From positions 708-64,707 of the IMG/VR virus record IMGVR_UViG_3300037603_000132: a stretch of DNA of 64,000 nt. One strand, written 5' to 3'. The stretch comes from a virus (Duplodnaviria > Caudoviricetes). Positions 39,198-47,575 of this stretch are shown in pieces (position 1 is the stretch's first letter; each line of letters begins with the position of its first letter). The notes below the pieces were generated by a model. That model worked only from the letters and a program-made list of their open reading frames with translations, ran no database searches and was not told where the DNA came from. Position numbers and translations under genes: made by a program.

Positions 39198-39227
39198 AAA
39201 AGGGGTCGGCCTGGCGGTCGGCCCCTT
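39198..39227 (-). terminator. Possible intrinsic terminator
   Basis: aaggggtcg...cggcccctt stem with an adjacent A tract. Confidence 0.35.
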
Positions 39228-39375
39228 CGTCGTCTGGCGGTCTCCCACGCGCGCACATGCCTGCCTGCGCCCCTACGCGCGCGCCTGCCTGCGCCTGCGC
39301 ACCCGCGCCCCCGCGCACCTGGACGCCGCCCGGGCGCGGGTTCCACAACTGGCGCAAAATTCACCCAGAAAATAA

Positions 39376-39418
39376 ATTCCACAAAAGGTTGACCCGTTGG
39401 GGCAATTGCTCCAAATGT
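39376..39418 (+). promoter_or_regulatory. Early-type promoter with operator
   Basis: ATTCCACAAAAGG-TTGACC-...GGGGCAATTGCTCC. Confidence 0.75.
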
Positions 39419-39452
39419 TGCCCCAGATGAAACGCCAACGGAGATTCGCCAA

Positions 39453-39914
39453 ATGAGCATGACCAAGAAAACAGCCCGCGCCTTCGAGCGCCTGGCGGAG
39501 TCCCTGATTGTTCCCGTCTTGGGGCCGGGGGCGGAGTACCTGGACACCGGACTCGCGTGGTCCTTCCCCTACGCCGACCGGGGCAACGTGTCCTTGCACC
39601 TGTTCCGCGATAGCTTCGACAAGGGGCGCGTCTACCGTTCAAGCTGGCTGGCCTGCCGCTGGAATTGGGACGGCAAAGTCGGCCCCGACCGCTACACCCT
39701 GCCGCGCGCCGACGTGCCCGGCGGCTGGCCCGGCGTGTTCACCTACCCAAGCGGAAAGGCGAATTATCACCCCTTTGACGAACTGGACCCCGAGGCATGG
39801 CGGCGGGAATTGGCGCTGCACCTCTATTCAATCGCCGCGCCTGACTCGAAAGAGCGCGAGGGCTTCGGGGCGATCCAGTTTGAACCCAAGGCCCCGGCGG
39901 TTTGCCACGCCTAA
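39453..39914 (+). CDS. Early hypothetical protein
   Basis: First ORF after the promoter. Confidence 0.65.
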   Translation: MSMTKKTARAFERLAESLIVPVLGPGAEYLDTGLAWSFPYADRGNVSLHLFRDSFDKGRVYRSSWLACRWNWDGKVGPDRYTLPRADVPGGWPGVFTYPSGKANYHPFDELDPEAWRRELALHLYSIAAPDSKEREGFGAIQFEPKAPAVCHA

Positions 39915-39941
39915 CCTTCAACCGAAAAGGAAGATTTCCCC

Positions 39942-40904
39942 ATGGTACAGATTGACCGCTTCGACATCTCGCCCGACGACCCGGCCACCTTCGGCCCCTT
40001 CACCGTCACCCTTGCCCACGACCTAAGCCCGGAAAACCCGTGGGAGGCGTGGCACGCCCAAACCCCCGTAATTTACACCGGGGGCAGCGACGGGCTGACC
40101 GTCCACGACTCCGGGGATGACCTGTTGTCGTTCTTCTCGCACGTCTCGCCCGCGTGGGTTTCCCGCCACTGGCGCAAGCTGGCCGCGATCCTGGACGAGA
40201 CAGAAGAGGACGCCGACCGCATGGCCCGGGAATACGCCGCCGACGTGTCAACCGACATGGGCGACGCCCGGCTGGAGGTCTACCGGGAAAGCTGGGACTC
40301 CTATGTCCGTTACTCCGGTTACACCGTGCGAGTCCTCGAAAAGCTGGAGTCGCTCTACAAGCTGGCCGGTTGGCCGGTCCTTCGCAAAACCGTTTGCGGC
40401 TATTCCCAAAGCGATTGGGCCGACGTGCTGCTAGTCGCCACGCCCGCCCATGCCGCGCGGTGCGGCTATGACTTCGCCGCGCCCGGCTTCGACATGGCCG
40501 AAAGCCTCAAGGGTGACGCGGAGTTGTTGCGCTCGTGGATGTTTGGCGACGTGTACGGCTACACGGTCGAAGGCCCGGACGGCGAGACCGTGGACTCCTG
40601 TTGGGGCTTCTATGGCTGCTATTTTGACGGCGACCCGGCGGGCGGCGGCTACGTCCTAGAGCAGGCGGCGGAGGCCGTCGAGCAAGGCGCGAAGGACTGG
40701 CACGAGAAGGCCGCCGCCCAAGAGGCCGAGGCCCGGGCCGCCTTCCTGCAAACCCGCGCCGAGTGGAAAGAGGCCCGGCGGCACGTCACCGCCGCGCCCG
40801 GGGCCTTGTGCGCCGCCCTTGGCCGTGAATTGCGCCGCATGGCGCGCGAGTGGAAAGAGGCCCGCAAGCTGCGCCGCGACTGCGCCGCGATCCTGGCCGC
40901 CTGA
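39942..40904 (+). CDS. Early hypothetical protein
   Basis: Leader ccttcaaccgaaaagga; long ORF. Confidence 0.7.
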   Translation: MVQIDRFDISPDDPATFGPFTVTLAHDLSPENPWEAWHAQTPVIYTGGSDGLTVHDSGDDLLSFFSHVSPAWVSRHWRKLAAILDETEEDADRMAREYAADVSTDMGDARLEVYRESWDSYVRYSGYTVRVLEKLESLYKLAGWPVLRKTVCGYSQSDWADVLLVATPAHAARCGYDFAAPGFDMAESLKGDAELLRSWMFGDVYGYTVEGPDGETVDSCWGFYGCYFDGDPAGGGYVLEQAAEAVEQGAKDWHEKAAAQEAEARAAFLQTRAEWKEARRHVTAAPGALCAALGRELRRMAREWKEARKLRRDCAAILAA

Positions 40905-40943
40905 CCTATCCCCAAACCTTCAACCGAAAAGGAATATTTCACC

Positions 40944-41807
40944 ATGACAACCGAGACCGAAAGCACCGAACGCCGCGCCCGGCTGGCGCTGCATGACCTG
41001 GCCGACGTGCTGGCCGAACACCTGACAAAGGAGTCCGGCGAAGAGTGGACCGCCGGGCGGGTGGACTACCTGCGCGAGGACTGCCGCGACAAGGACCGCC
41101 AAGGCCGGGCCGCGGTCACCGGGGCCAACTTCACCCGGGCGCGCGACGGCTTCACCCTGCGCCTTTGGCCCTCGAACTATTACAACGAAAAGGACAAGGG
41201 CGGCGCGGGCATTGAGTGGCCGCAAGACCTGGCCCCGGGCCACGCGGCGCGCACCGTCTACCGGCAGGCCCCCGGCGTGGATTATCACGCGGCAGAGCCG
41301 GGAATCGCCTTCACCGTTGAGAAGGCCAAGCCCGCGACCCTCGCCCGCCGGATGCTTAGGGAGTTGACCGGGCCGGAGTATGACCGGGCCTTTGCCGCGC
41401 TCGTGGAGAAATTCGACGCGGAAGAGGCCGCCCGCGAGAAGGGCGAGGAATGGGCCGCGAAGGTCCGGGAGGCCGCCGGGGTCAAGTCGGTTGGCCTCGC
41501 CTCTGAAAGGTATTGGGGCCGCCCCCTCAACGGCGCACGGGTGGCCGTGGGCCGGGAGTCGCAGCATGGCCCCGGCGGCGTGTTGGCGATCCAGCTTCCC
41601 GACGACCCCGACGCGGCGGCCCTCATGGCGGCAGCCCTGCGGGCCGTGGGGGAGGAAGGATACAAGCGCGGAATTGGCGTGGCCGTCCTGGACTTCGACG
41701 GGGCCGACGACGTGGCCGCCCGGCTGGATGCAATGGCCGTACATGCCGCCGAAAACTTGGGCGCGCACGATTGGACTCTGTTCGCGGGGGGCCTTGACGA
41801 TGCTTGA
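40944..41807 (+). CDS. Early hypothetical protein
   Basis: Same leader motif. Confidence 0.7.
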   Translation: MTTETESTERRARLALHDLADVLAEHLTKESGEEWTAGRVDYLREDCRDKDRQGRAAVTGANFTRARDGFTLRLWPSNYYNEKDKGGAGIEWPQDLAPGHAARTVYRQAPGVDYHAAEPGIAFTVEKAKPATLARRMLRELTGPEYDRAFAALVEKFDAEEAAREKGEEWAAKVREAAGVKSVGLASERYWGRPLNGARVAVGRESQHGPGGVLAIQLPDDPDAAALMAAALRAVGEEGYKRGIGVAVLDFDGADDVAARLDAMAVHAAENLGAHDWTLFAGGLDDA

Positions 41808-42537
41808 TGATGTGAGAGTCACCGAACTGGACGGAGGCCGGGCAGAGGTCCGACTCCGGGATACCGTGGCGACGGTTCAACCGAACCCGCACAAGCTGGA
41901 GGCCGAAAGGGCGCTAGAGCGCGCCTTGCGGGTGGAGGCCATGGCCCGCCCGGGTCCCGACCTGGAGCGCGCCAAAGAGGCCCGATATAGGGCGCAGCAA
42001 TGGGCGCGCAGCCATGATGCGTGGACCTACACGACCGGCCACGGGGAGACCTTCTCGCACCCCGACCGGCGCGGCGCGCTGCACATGGCCCGCAAGTGGT
42101 TTGTAGAGGCCGGAATCGTGCTCGTGCCCTTCGACCACTCGCACATGAACCCGGGCGACCGGCTGCGCGCCGTCAAGCTGCAAGAGGCCCGCGACCTGAT
42201 AGCCGGGCCGCGTTGGGGCGATTATGTCCAGTTGCCCGGGCACGTCCGCGCCGTGTCGCGTATCTGCGGCATTTCCCACGACGACGCGCGTTTCGGCCTG
42301 ACCGGCGGCGGGTCCTTCAGCCTGCCGGGGGACGCGGCGCAACTGACGCCCCATTGGGAGTCCTACTCCGGCGCGCTCGATTGGGACTCGGCCTACCGGC
42401 TGGACGACCTGGAGGACGCCGGGCGGCATGAAATGGGCCGTTTCTGGTTCTTCTCGGGCGGCGTCATGGCGGCACACGGCGGCGTTGACGTGGCTTTGCC
42501 CTGCCGGGTGTACCTGCTGAAAGGGGGCCGGGCGTGA
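41800..42537 (+). CDS. Early protein with a C-terminal DUF4121-like domain
   Basis: PRWGDYV...GGGSF...YSGAL...FWFF...AHGGV...PCRVY. Confidence 0.7.
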   Translation: MLDDVRVTELDGGRAEVRLRDTVATVQPNPHKLEAERALERALRVEAMARPGPDLERAKEARYRAQQWARSHDAWTYTTGHGETFSHPDRRGALHMARKWFVEAGIVLVPFDHSHMNPGDRLRAVKLQEARDLIAGPRWGDYVQLPGHVRAVSRICGISHDDARFGLTGGGSFSLPGDAAQLTPHWESYSGALDWDSAYRLDDLEDAGRHEMGRFWFFSGGVMAAHGGVDVALPCRVYLLKGGRA

Positions 42538-42770
42538 GGGCGGCGGAGAAGCCCGCCACGGCCCCGCCCTTGTCCGTCCGGGTCTACCTGGCCGCCCTGG
42601 CCTCTAGGCCGCCCCCACGGCCCCCACAACGGCCCGGGGCAGGGGGCGCGCCATGGTAGCTTGGACTCTCATTATGGCGGGCCTGGGGGCCGCCACGGGC
42701 GACCCGGCGGGCGCGCTTATCGCCTTCGGGGCGTGGTCCTTGGGGGCGGCCTTCCTGGACTAGGGGGATA

Positions 42771-42812
42771 ATTCCACAAAAGGTTGACAGATTGGGGCAT
42801 ATGCCCTAATTC
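42771..42812 (+). promoter_or_regulatory. Early-type promoter with operator
   Basis: ATTCCACAAAAGG-TTGACA-...GGGGCATATGCCCT-AATTC. Confidence 0.8.
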
Positions 42813-42848
42813 AGGAATCAGCGACAACGAAACCCGAGAGGATGACCC

Positions 42849-43160
42849 ATGGACAACCTGAACGAAGCCCGCGCCCGCGCTTATGCCGAAGTTATGCGCG
42901 AGAAAGGCCCTTGCTGCTTTGTGGCCGTGATGCACGACCACGAGGCGCACGACGGGCAAACCCGCTCTTGCTTGGGCGTGGCCGTGGCGAACGAACCGGG
43001 TTACTACCCCGTTCCGCAATTCTACTTCTACGCCGACCGGCACGAGGACGCGGAGACCAAGGCCGACGCGCTCAACCTCGAACTGCTGGAGGTTGACCCG
43101 GCTTTGGCCTTCGCGATTCAGGCGTCCACCATGGGCGGGCGGCCCTGCGTCGCGGCCTGA
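42849..43160 (+). CDS. Early hypothetical protein
   Basis: First ORF after the promoter. Confidence 0.65.
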   Translation: MDNLNEARARAYAEVMREKGPCCFVAVMHDHEAHDGQTRSCLGVAVANEPGYYPVPQFYFYADRHEDAETKADALNLELLEVDPALAFAIQASTMGGRPCVAA

Positions 43161-43225
43161 CCGGGGCCGGGCAGCCCCCGGCCTTCCCCCTTTCCTGACC
43201 TTCACCCAATAGAGGAAAAATCACC

Positions 43226-43720
43226 ATGAAAACGGTTGCTTTCACCCTGACAATCTTTAGCGGCGATGCGGCCTTGTCCGATGATCCCGCGCACGAGTTG
43301 GCCCGCATCCTGCGCGACACGGCGGAGGCGGTCGCGGCCAACGGCGGCGAGTCCTTCACGCGCGATCTTCGCGACTACAACGGACGCAAGGTTGGCGCGT
43401 TCACACTTGAGATTGAGACCCCGGAACCCGAGCCGGTTTTTGTTGTCCGGGACGCGGACGGCGACACCGCCGCCGGGCCGTTCGAGACCGTCGAAGATGC
43501 GCGGGAGTCGGCTTACGAACTGCGCAAGGAACAGCTTGACGAACTGTACGAGGGCGACCCGGCGGGCCGCGAATTGGCCGCGTTCAACGACTCGCCGTTC
43601 ACGGTCACAGCCGCGCCGCGCAACCTCTGCCCCTACTGCGAGAACGAGCGGCCCGGCGAGAACCCGGCGGGGGAAAATGTTTGTTGCAATGTGGCATGGT
43701 CGAAAGGGGGTGACGCATGA
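43226..43720 (+). CDS. Early hypothetical protein
   Basis: RBS gagga. Confidence 0.65.
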   Translation: MKTVAFTLTIFSGDAALSDDPAHELARILRDTAEAVAANGGESFTRDLRDYNGRKVGAFTLEIETPEPEPVFVVRDADGDTAAGPFETVEDARESAYELRKEQLDELYEGDPAGRELAAFNDSPFTVTAAPRNLCPYCENERPGENPAGENVCCNVAWSKGGDA

Positions 43721-44346
43721 CCCGGGCCGCCTTTGTCACCGTCAACACATGCGGCGAGCCGGAGGGCCACGAGACTCCCGAGTCCGCCGTTGCAAAGCAC
43801 CTGCACAACATCGGCGGCGCGTGGAACCTTTTCGGGCATGAACAGCCCCGGACGGAGGCCGACTTGGCCGGGAAGCGCATGGCCCTTTTTGAGTACGTCC
43901 GCCCGGATTGTAGCCCCCTGTTTGCCGCGATCTTCGACAACCGGGCAGACGGGCAGAGCCTCGACAACTACCGCAACCGCCACTTGTGGGGCCGGGCCAA
44001 TTCGGAGTCCTACGTCCAGAAGGCCGAGTCCGCATGGAAAGAGCGCACCGGGCCGCGCGTGGGGGACTACGTGCGCCACCCTGACGGCAAGTTGACCCGC
44101 TTTACATATGATTGGGGCGACGGGCTACAGGCGGGCGGCGGGCGCGGGTCCTACCACCTGACCCGGTGCGGCTTCGCCAGCTACTCCGGCGGCCTGTCCG
44201 CCGGTATCCCGCGCGACCGGCTGACCCGCACGGGCGAGACCATGCCCGGGGAATTTTGGTTCTTTCTCGACGGCTGGACGGGGGCGCACCGGGGGGTCTC
44301 GATCTCGATTCCCTGCCGGGTCTATCAGGAAGGGGGTGCAGCATGA
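43717..44346 (+). CDS. Early protein with a C-terminal DUF4121-like domain
   Basis: GPRVGDYVRHPDGKLTRFTYDWGDGLQ...YSGGL...FWFF...AHRGV...PCRVY. Confidence 0.75.
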   Translation: MTRAAFVTVNTCGEPEGHETPESAVAKHLHNIGGAWNLFGHEQPRTEADLAGKRMALFEYVRPDCSPLFAAIFDNRADGQSLDNYRNRHLWGRANSESYVQKAESAWKERTGPRVGDYVRHPDGKLTRFTYDWGDGLQAGGGRGSYHLTRCGFASYSGGLSAGIPRDRLTRTGETMPGEFWFFLDGWTGAHRGVSISIPCRVYQEGGAA

Positions 44347-44585
44347 CGACGGAGCGAGTCCCGGTCGCGGCGATTGAACCCGGCGACACGGTTTTGATTG
44401 ACGGGGTGGCCCGGACGGTTTGCCGCCGCGATCTCGCCCGCGACTCCTTTTTCCCGGCGCGCGTTTTCGGCCAGCACTTCCACGAGGCGGGCCGCACGGT
44501 TGAGCGGGTACTTTTCCCGGTTTGGTTCCGGGGGAAACTCATAAGACACGCGGCCCAAATTGGGGCCGGAACAGCAAGCGAATAG
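44343..44585 (+). CDS. Early hypothetical protein
   Basis: Coupled ATG. Confidence 0.55.
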   Translation: MTTERVPVAAIEPGDTVLIDGVARTVCRRDLARDSFFPARVFGQHFHEAGRTVERVLFPVWFRGKLIRHAAQIGAGTASE

Positions 44586-44594
44586 GAATCGAAA

Positions 44595-45392
44595 ATGCAA
44601 AATCTTGAATCGAAAACCGGAATCGAAAAACCGGAATCGGTGGACCCCTACCGCCTGTTGTCCGACCGCTGGCTAGAGCCGCTGGACGACGTGACAGGCC
44701 CCGACCGGGGACGGGTCCGCACCGCCGCCGAGTGGTGCAACCTGCTGGCCCCTGCCGACAAGTGGCACCACGCCGGAGAGTTGGTTTTTCTGGTCCGTGG
44801 CCCCGGCGGCTTTGGCTACCTGCTGGAGGTTGAACTTGACGACGACACGCCCGCCAAGTCTGCCGAGGGCGTGGAGACCGTCCGCCGGGCGGTCGCGGCG
44901 GTCGCGCCGGGCGGCGTCTTTTCCTACGTGGCCCCGGGGACTGACTACATTTACGACGGGCGGGCCGCCTATCGGGTTTTCTTCGCCGGTATCAAGCCCG
45001 CGCCCGAGATAGAGGCCGCCGCAAGCGCGATCTTTGACCTTGTGTACCCGGTCGCGGATAGCCCGGAGGCCGCGCCCGCCGCGATCCCCGACGACCTGGC
45101 CGCCGCGCTCGACGGGATAACGGACACCTACACCGCCCTTGTTGTCGAAGAGAGCAGCCCGCGCCCGCCGGTTTCCCGTGACCCGCTCTTGTACGTTGTG
45201 GAGGCGGCAAGCCCGAACGACGAGTCCGCGATCCTGGAGCAAGCGGCGGCGCAGCGTTGCGAGGAATTGGGCCTTGATCTGGACGACGACGGCGCGCCGG
45301 ATCGGGCGGCGGTCGAAGAGGTCAAAGCGGGACTCCGGCTTATCTTGGTCCTGCCGGGCGACGTGTCCCCGGTTTGGGGCGGGCGGCAATAG
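44595..45392 (+). CDS. Early hypothetical protein
   Basis: 265-aa ORF with RBS. Confidence 0.65.
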   Translation: MQNLESKTGIEKPESVDPYRLLSDRWLEPLDDVTGPDRGRVRTAAEWCNLLAPADKWHHAGELVFLVRGPGGFGYLLEVELDDDTPAKSAEGVETVRRAVAAVAPGGVFSYVAPGTDYIYDGRAAYRVFFAGIKPAPEIEAAASAIFDLVYPVADSPEAAPAAIPDDLAAALDGITDTYTALVVEESSPRPPVSRDPLLYVVEAASPNDESAILEQAAAQRCEELGLDLDDDGAPDRAAVEEVKAGLRLILVLPGDVSPVWGGRQ

Positions 45393-45610
45393 CCGGGGCC
45401 AGGACCGTCTAGGGGCACAAAGTAGAGGACCGGCTAGGGGTCCAAAGTAAGGCCCGCGCGTACACCCCCGCGCGGGCCTATGCACGTCCGGGCGCGGGCG
45501 CACACGGGCACACGCGCGCACCTGGGCGCACACATACGCGCGCAGGCGGGCGGGCGCGGGCACACGGGCGCGCGCGGGCGCGGGCTGGCAGGGGCGCGGA
45601 TAGGGAAAGC

Positions 45611-45800
45611 CCGGCAGGGGCCAGCCCGGCGATCTCGTGCCCGGCAGGGGCCAGCCCGGCGATCTCGTGCCCGGCAGGGGCCAGCCCGGCGATCTCGTGC
45701 CCGGCAGGGGCCAGCCCGGCGATCTCGTGCCCGGCAGGGGCCAGCCCGGCGATCTCGTGCCCGGCAGGGGCCAGCCGGGCGATCTCGTGCCCGGCAGGGG
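45611..45800 (+). repeat. Tandem array of about 6.3 x 30 bp (ccggcaggggccagcccggcgatctcgtgc)
   Basis: Directly visible; one substitution in the sixth unit. Confidence 0.97.
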
Positions 45801-45845
45801 ATTATTCCACGAACGGTTGACGGATTGGGGCATTTGCCCTAAATC
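45801..45845 (+). promoter_or_regulatory. Early-type promoter with operator
   Basis: ATTCCACGAACGG-TTGACG-...GGGGCATTTGCCCT-AAATC. Confidence 0.8.
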
Positions 45846-45916
45846 TGATTCCACGGGCCGCCGCTGGCCCGCGACCGGGCCGCCCGCTGGCCCTTCACCT
45901 GAAAGGGGAAAATTGA

Positions 45917-46042
45917 ATGAAAACTATCCTTGCACAACCCGGACTCGCGGAAAGCCTTGAACTCTGGATTCAGGGGAACCCCGGGGCCGCCATTTTCGCC
46001 GGGGCCGCCGCAATCGGTGCCTTTTTTCATTTCTACGGATAA
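45917..46042 (+). CDS. 41-aa hydrophobic peptide
   Basis: Hand translation MKTILAQPGL...GAFFHFYG; RBS aagggga. Confidence 0.5.
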   Translation: MKTILAQPGLAESLELWIQGNPGAAIFAGAAAIGAFFHFYG

Positions 46043-46053
46043 GGGGAAACGGA

Positions 46054-46410
46054 ATGTTTGACGCCATGGAAATTCAGGAAGAAATAAACTTTGCGATTGA
46101 ATCCGCTGACTCCGCCATGCCGGAAAACTTGCGCCGGTTGCGCCGCTTGGCCCTTTCCGATCTCGACGGCGGCCCGGTCTATCTGGACGCGGACGGCGAC
46201 CCGGTTTCTCGCTTTGATGAAGGGGCGCGCCGGTTTGATTTTGAGGGGGCCTGTAATTCGCTTTCCGATTGGGCCGACTCCCACATTAACGATGTTTCGA
46301 TTGAAACGGACTATTGCGAGGAAACGGACGAGTCGACGTTTGAAACGATTGACGGGTCCGGCGACACAATCCGCCGCGCGGTTTTCGGGCCGCTCGTGAA
46401 TTACATCTGA
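46054..46410 (+). CDS. Early acidic hypothetical protein
   Basis: RBS aagggga. Confidence 0.65.
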   Translation: MFDAMEIQEEINFAIESADSAMPENLRRLRRLALSDLDGGPVYLDADGDPVSRFDEGARRFDFEGACNSLSDWADSHINDVSIETDYCEETDESTFETIDGSGDTIRRAVFGPLVNYI

Positions 46411-46417
46411 AAGGGGA

Positions 46418-46633
46418 ATGGGAATGGACATTGGCGATATTGAACCGCGCGCTTGCTATCTGGACGGAATGTACGGACGCAAGGAAGCCCTTTGCTACAT
46501 GGCCCCGGCAAGCGTCACGGCGGCCCCGGGTTGCATCAAGGAAGAGGGGGGCGGAATCTCCATAATGGTGAACCGCGCCACGATTGAATCCCGTTTCGCA
46601 TGGGATGAAAAGCCAACCTTCTATTACAGCTAA
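46418..46633 (+). CDS. Early hypothetical protein
   Basis: RBS upstream. Confidence 0.55.
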   Translation: MGMDIGDIEPRACYLDGMYGRKEALCYMAPASVTAAPGCIKEEGGGISIMVNRATIESRFAWDEKPTFYYS

Positions 46634-46644
46634 GGACTCGAACG

Positions 46645-46926
46645 ATGGAAAAGAAAACAGCATATTTGCACTATGGCGGCCCGGGCACGGTTGACGGCCC
46701 TAACGGCCCGCGCCGGACGGTTGAGACGGAATTGCGCGAAACGGAATTGCCGCAATCGGGCCGGACGGTTTCCGGCTATGGGGCGAAACTGCCGACTCCC
46801 TACATGGTCAAGCGGTTCGGGAAATGGCGGCGGGTTTATGCGGCCTGCTATGGCAACGCCGCGAGTCACTATATCGGAAAGCCCGGCGCATGGCTGGCAA
46901 CCGTTCAAATTGTGGAGTCGAACTGA
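46645..46926 (+). CDS. Early hypothetical protein
   Basis: RBS aagga. Confidence 0.65.
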   Translation: MEKKTAYLHYGGPGTVDGPNGPRRTVETELRETELPQSGRTVSGYGAKLPTPYMVKRFGKWRRVYAACYGNAASHYIGKPGAWLATVQIVESN

Positions 46927-47192
46927 TGCAAATTGAAACCTACACATTGCCGGAACATTGGCTTTCCGCGCTATTCAATGGCGACGACTCCGGGCTGGAC
47001 GAATCCGATTGCGAGGCGTTGGAGGCTTTCACCGACTCCGTGGTGGCGGACTATGGGCAGGCTTGGCCGGTTGATTATGACGAGTCCGGGGCCGGTTTCA
47101 TGCGCTACCATGATGCGCAACCGTTCGGAGTCCTTGCTTGCGATTGCGTGGAGGTATCTTTCGACGTGACACAAAGGGGGGCCGCAGCATGA
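46926..47192 (+). CDS. Early acidic hypothetical protein
   Basis: MQIETYTLPEHWLSALFNGDDSGLD...; coupled start. Confidence 0.65.
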   Translation: MQIETYTLPEHWLSALFNGDDSGLDESDCEALEAFTDSVVADYGQAWPVDYDESGAGFMRYHDAQPFGVLACDCVEVSFDVTQRGAAA

Positions 47193-47575
47193 CCACGAAA
47201 CCGCTCTACGCTCGCCTTGCCGCGCAACTGGACATAATCCGCCGCAATGCCGACTCGCTTGATCCTTTCGCGGATATGGCCCGCGACCGGGTGGAGTCCA
47301 TGGTCCGGGACTACCTGCCGTCCGGGGCCGGTTTCGACTCCGGTTGTTATGTCGAGATTGAGGAGTCGCGCCGGGATAAAATTGTTATCCGTTGTGACTT
47401 TCACCATATGGCCGAGTCCGGCATGTATTCCGGTTGGACGACTCACCGGGCCATTGTGACGCCGGACCTTGCGGACGGTTTCGCCCTGCGCATCACCGGC
47501 AAGGATCGAAACGGAATAAAAGAATATATCGCGGACGTGATGGACTCCGCCCTGAATATGGAGATTGAACAATGA
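47189..47575 (+). CDS. Early hypothetical protein
   Basis: LPSGAGFDSG...FHHM...GWT...ITGKDRN; coupled start. Confidence 0.7.
   Translation: MTTKPLYARLAAQLDIIRRNADSLDPFADMARDRVESMVRDYLPSGAGFDSGCYVEIEESRRDKIVIRCDFHHMAESGMYSGWTTHRAIVTPDLADGFALRITGKDRNGIKEYIADVMDSALNMEIEQ

Noticed and set aside
45611-45800. 30-bp repeats as a CRISPR array
   Set aside because: Units are contiguous with no unique spacers, and no cas operon is present; the Cas4-like DUF2800 is a standard phage replication gene.
44673-45960. Repetitive ORFs such as (PGTRSPGWPL)n across the tandem array
   Set aside because: Translation products of a DNA repeat with no RBS; better explained as non-coding.
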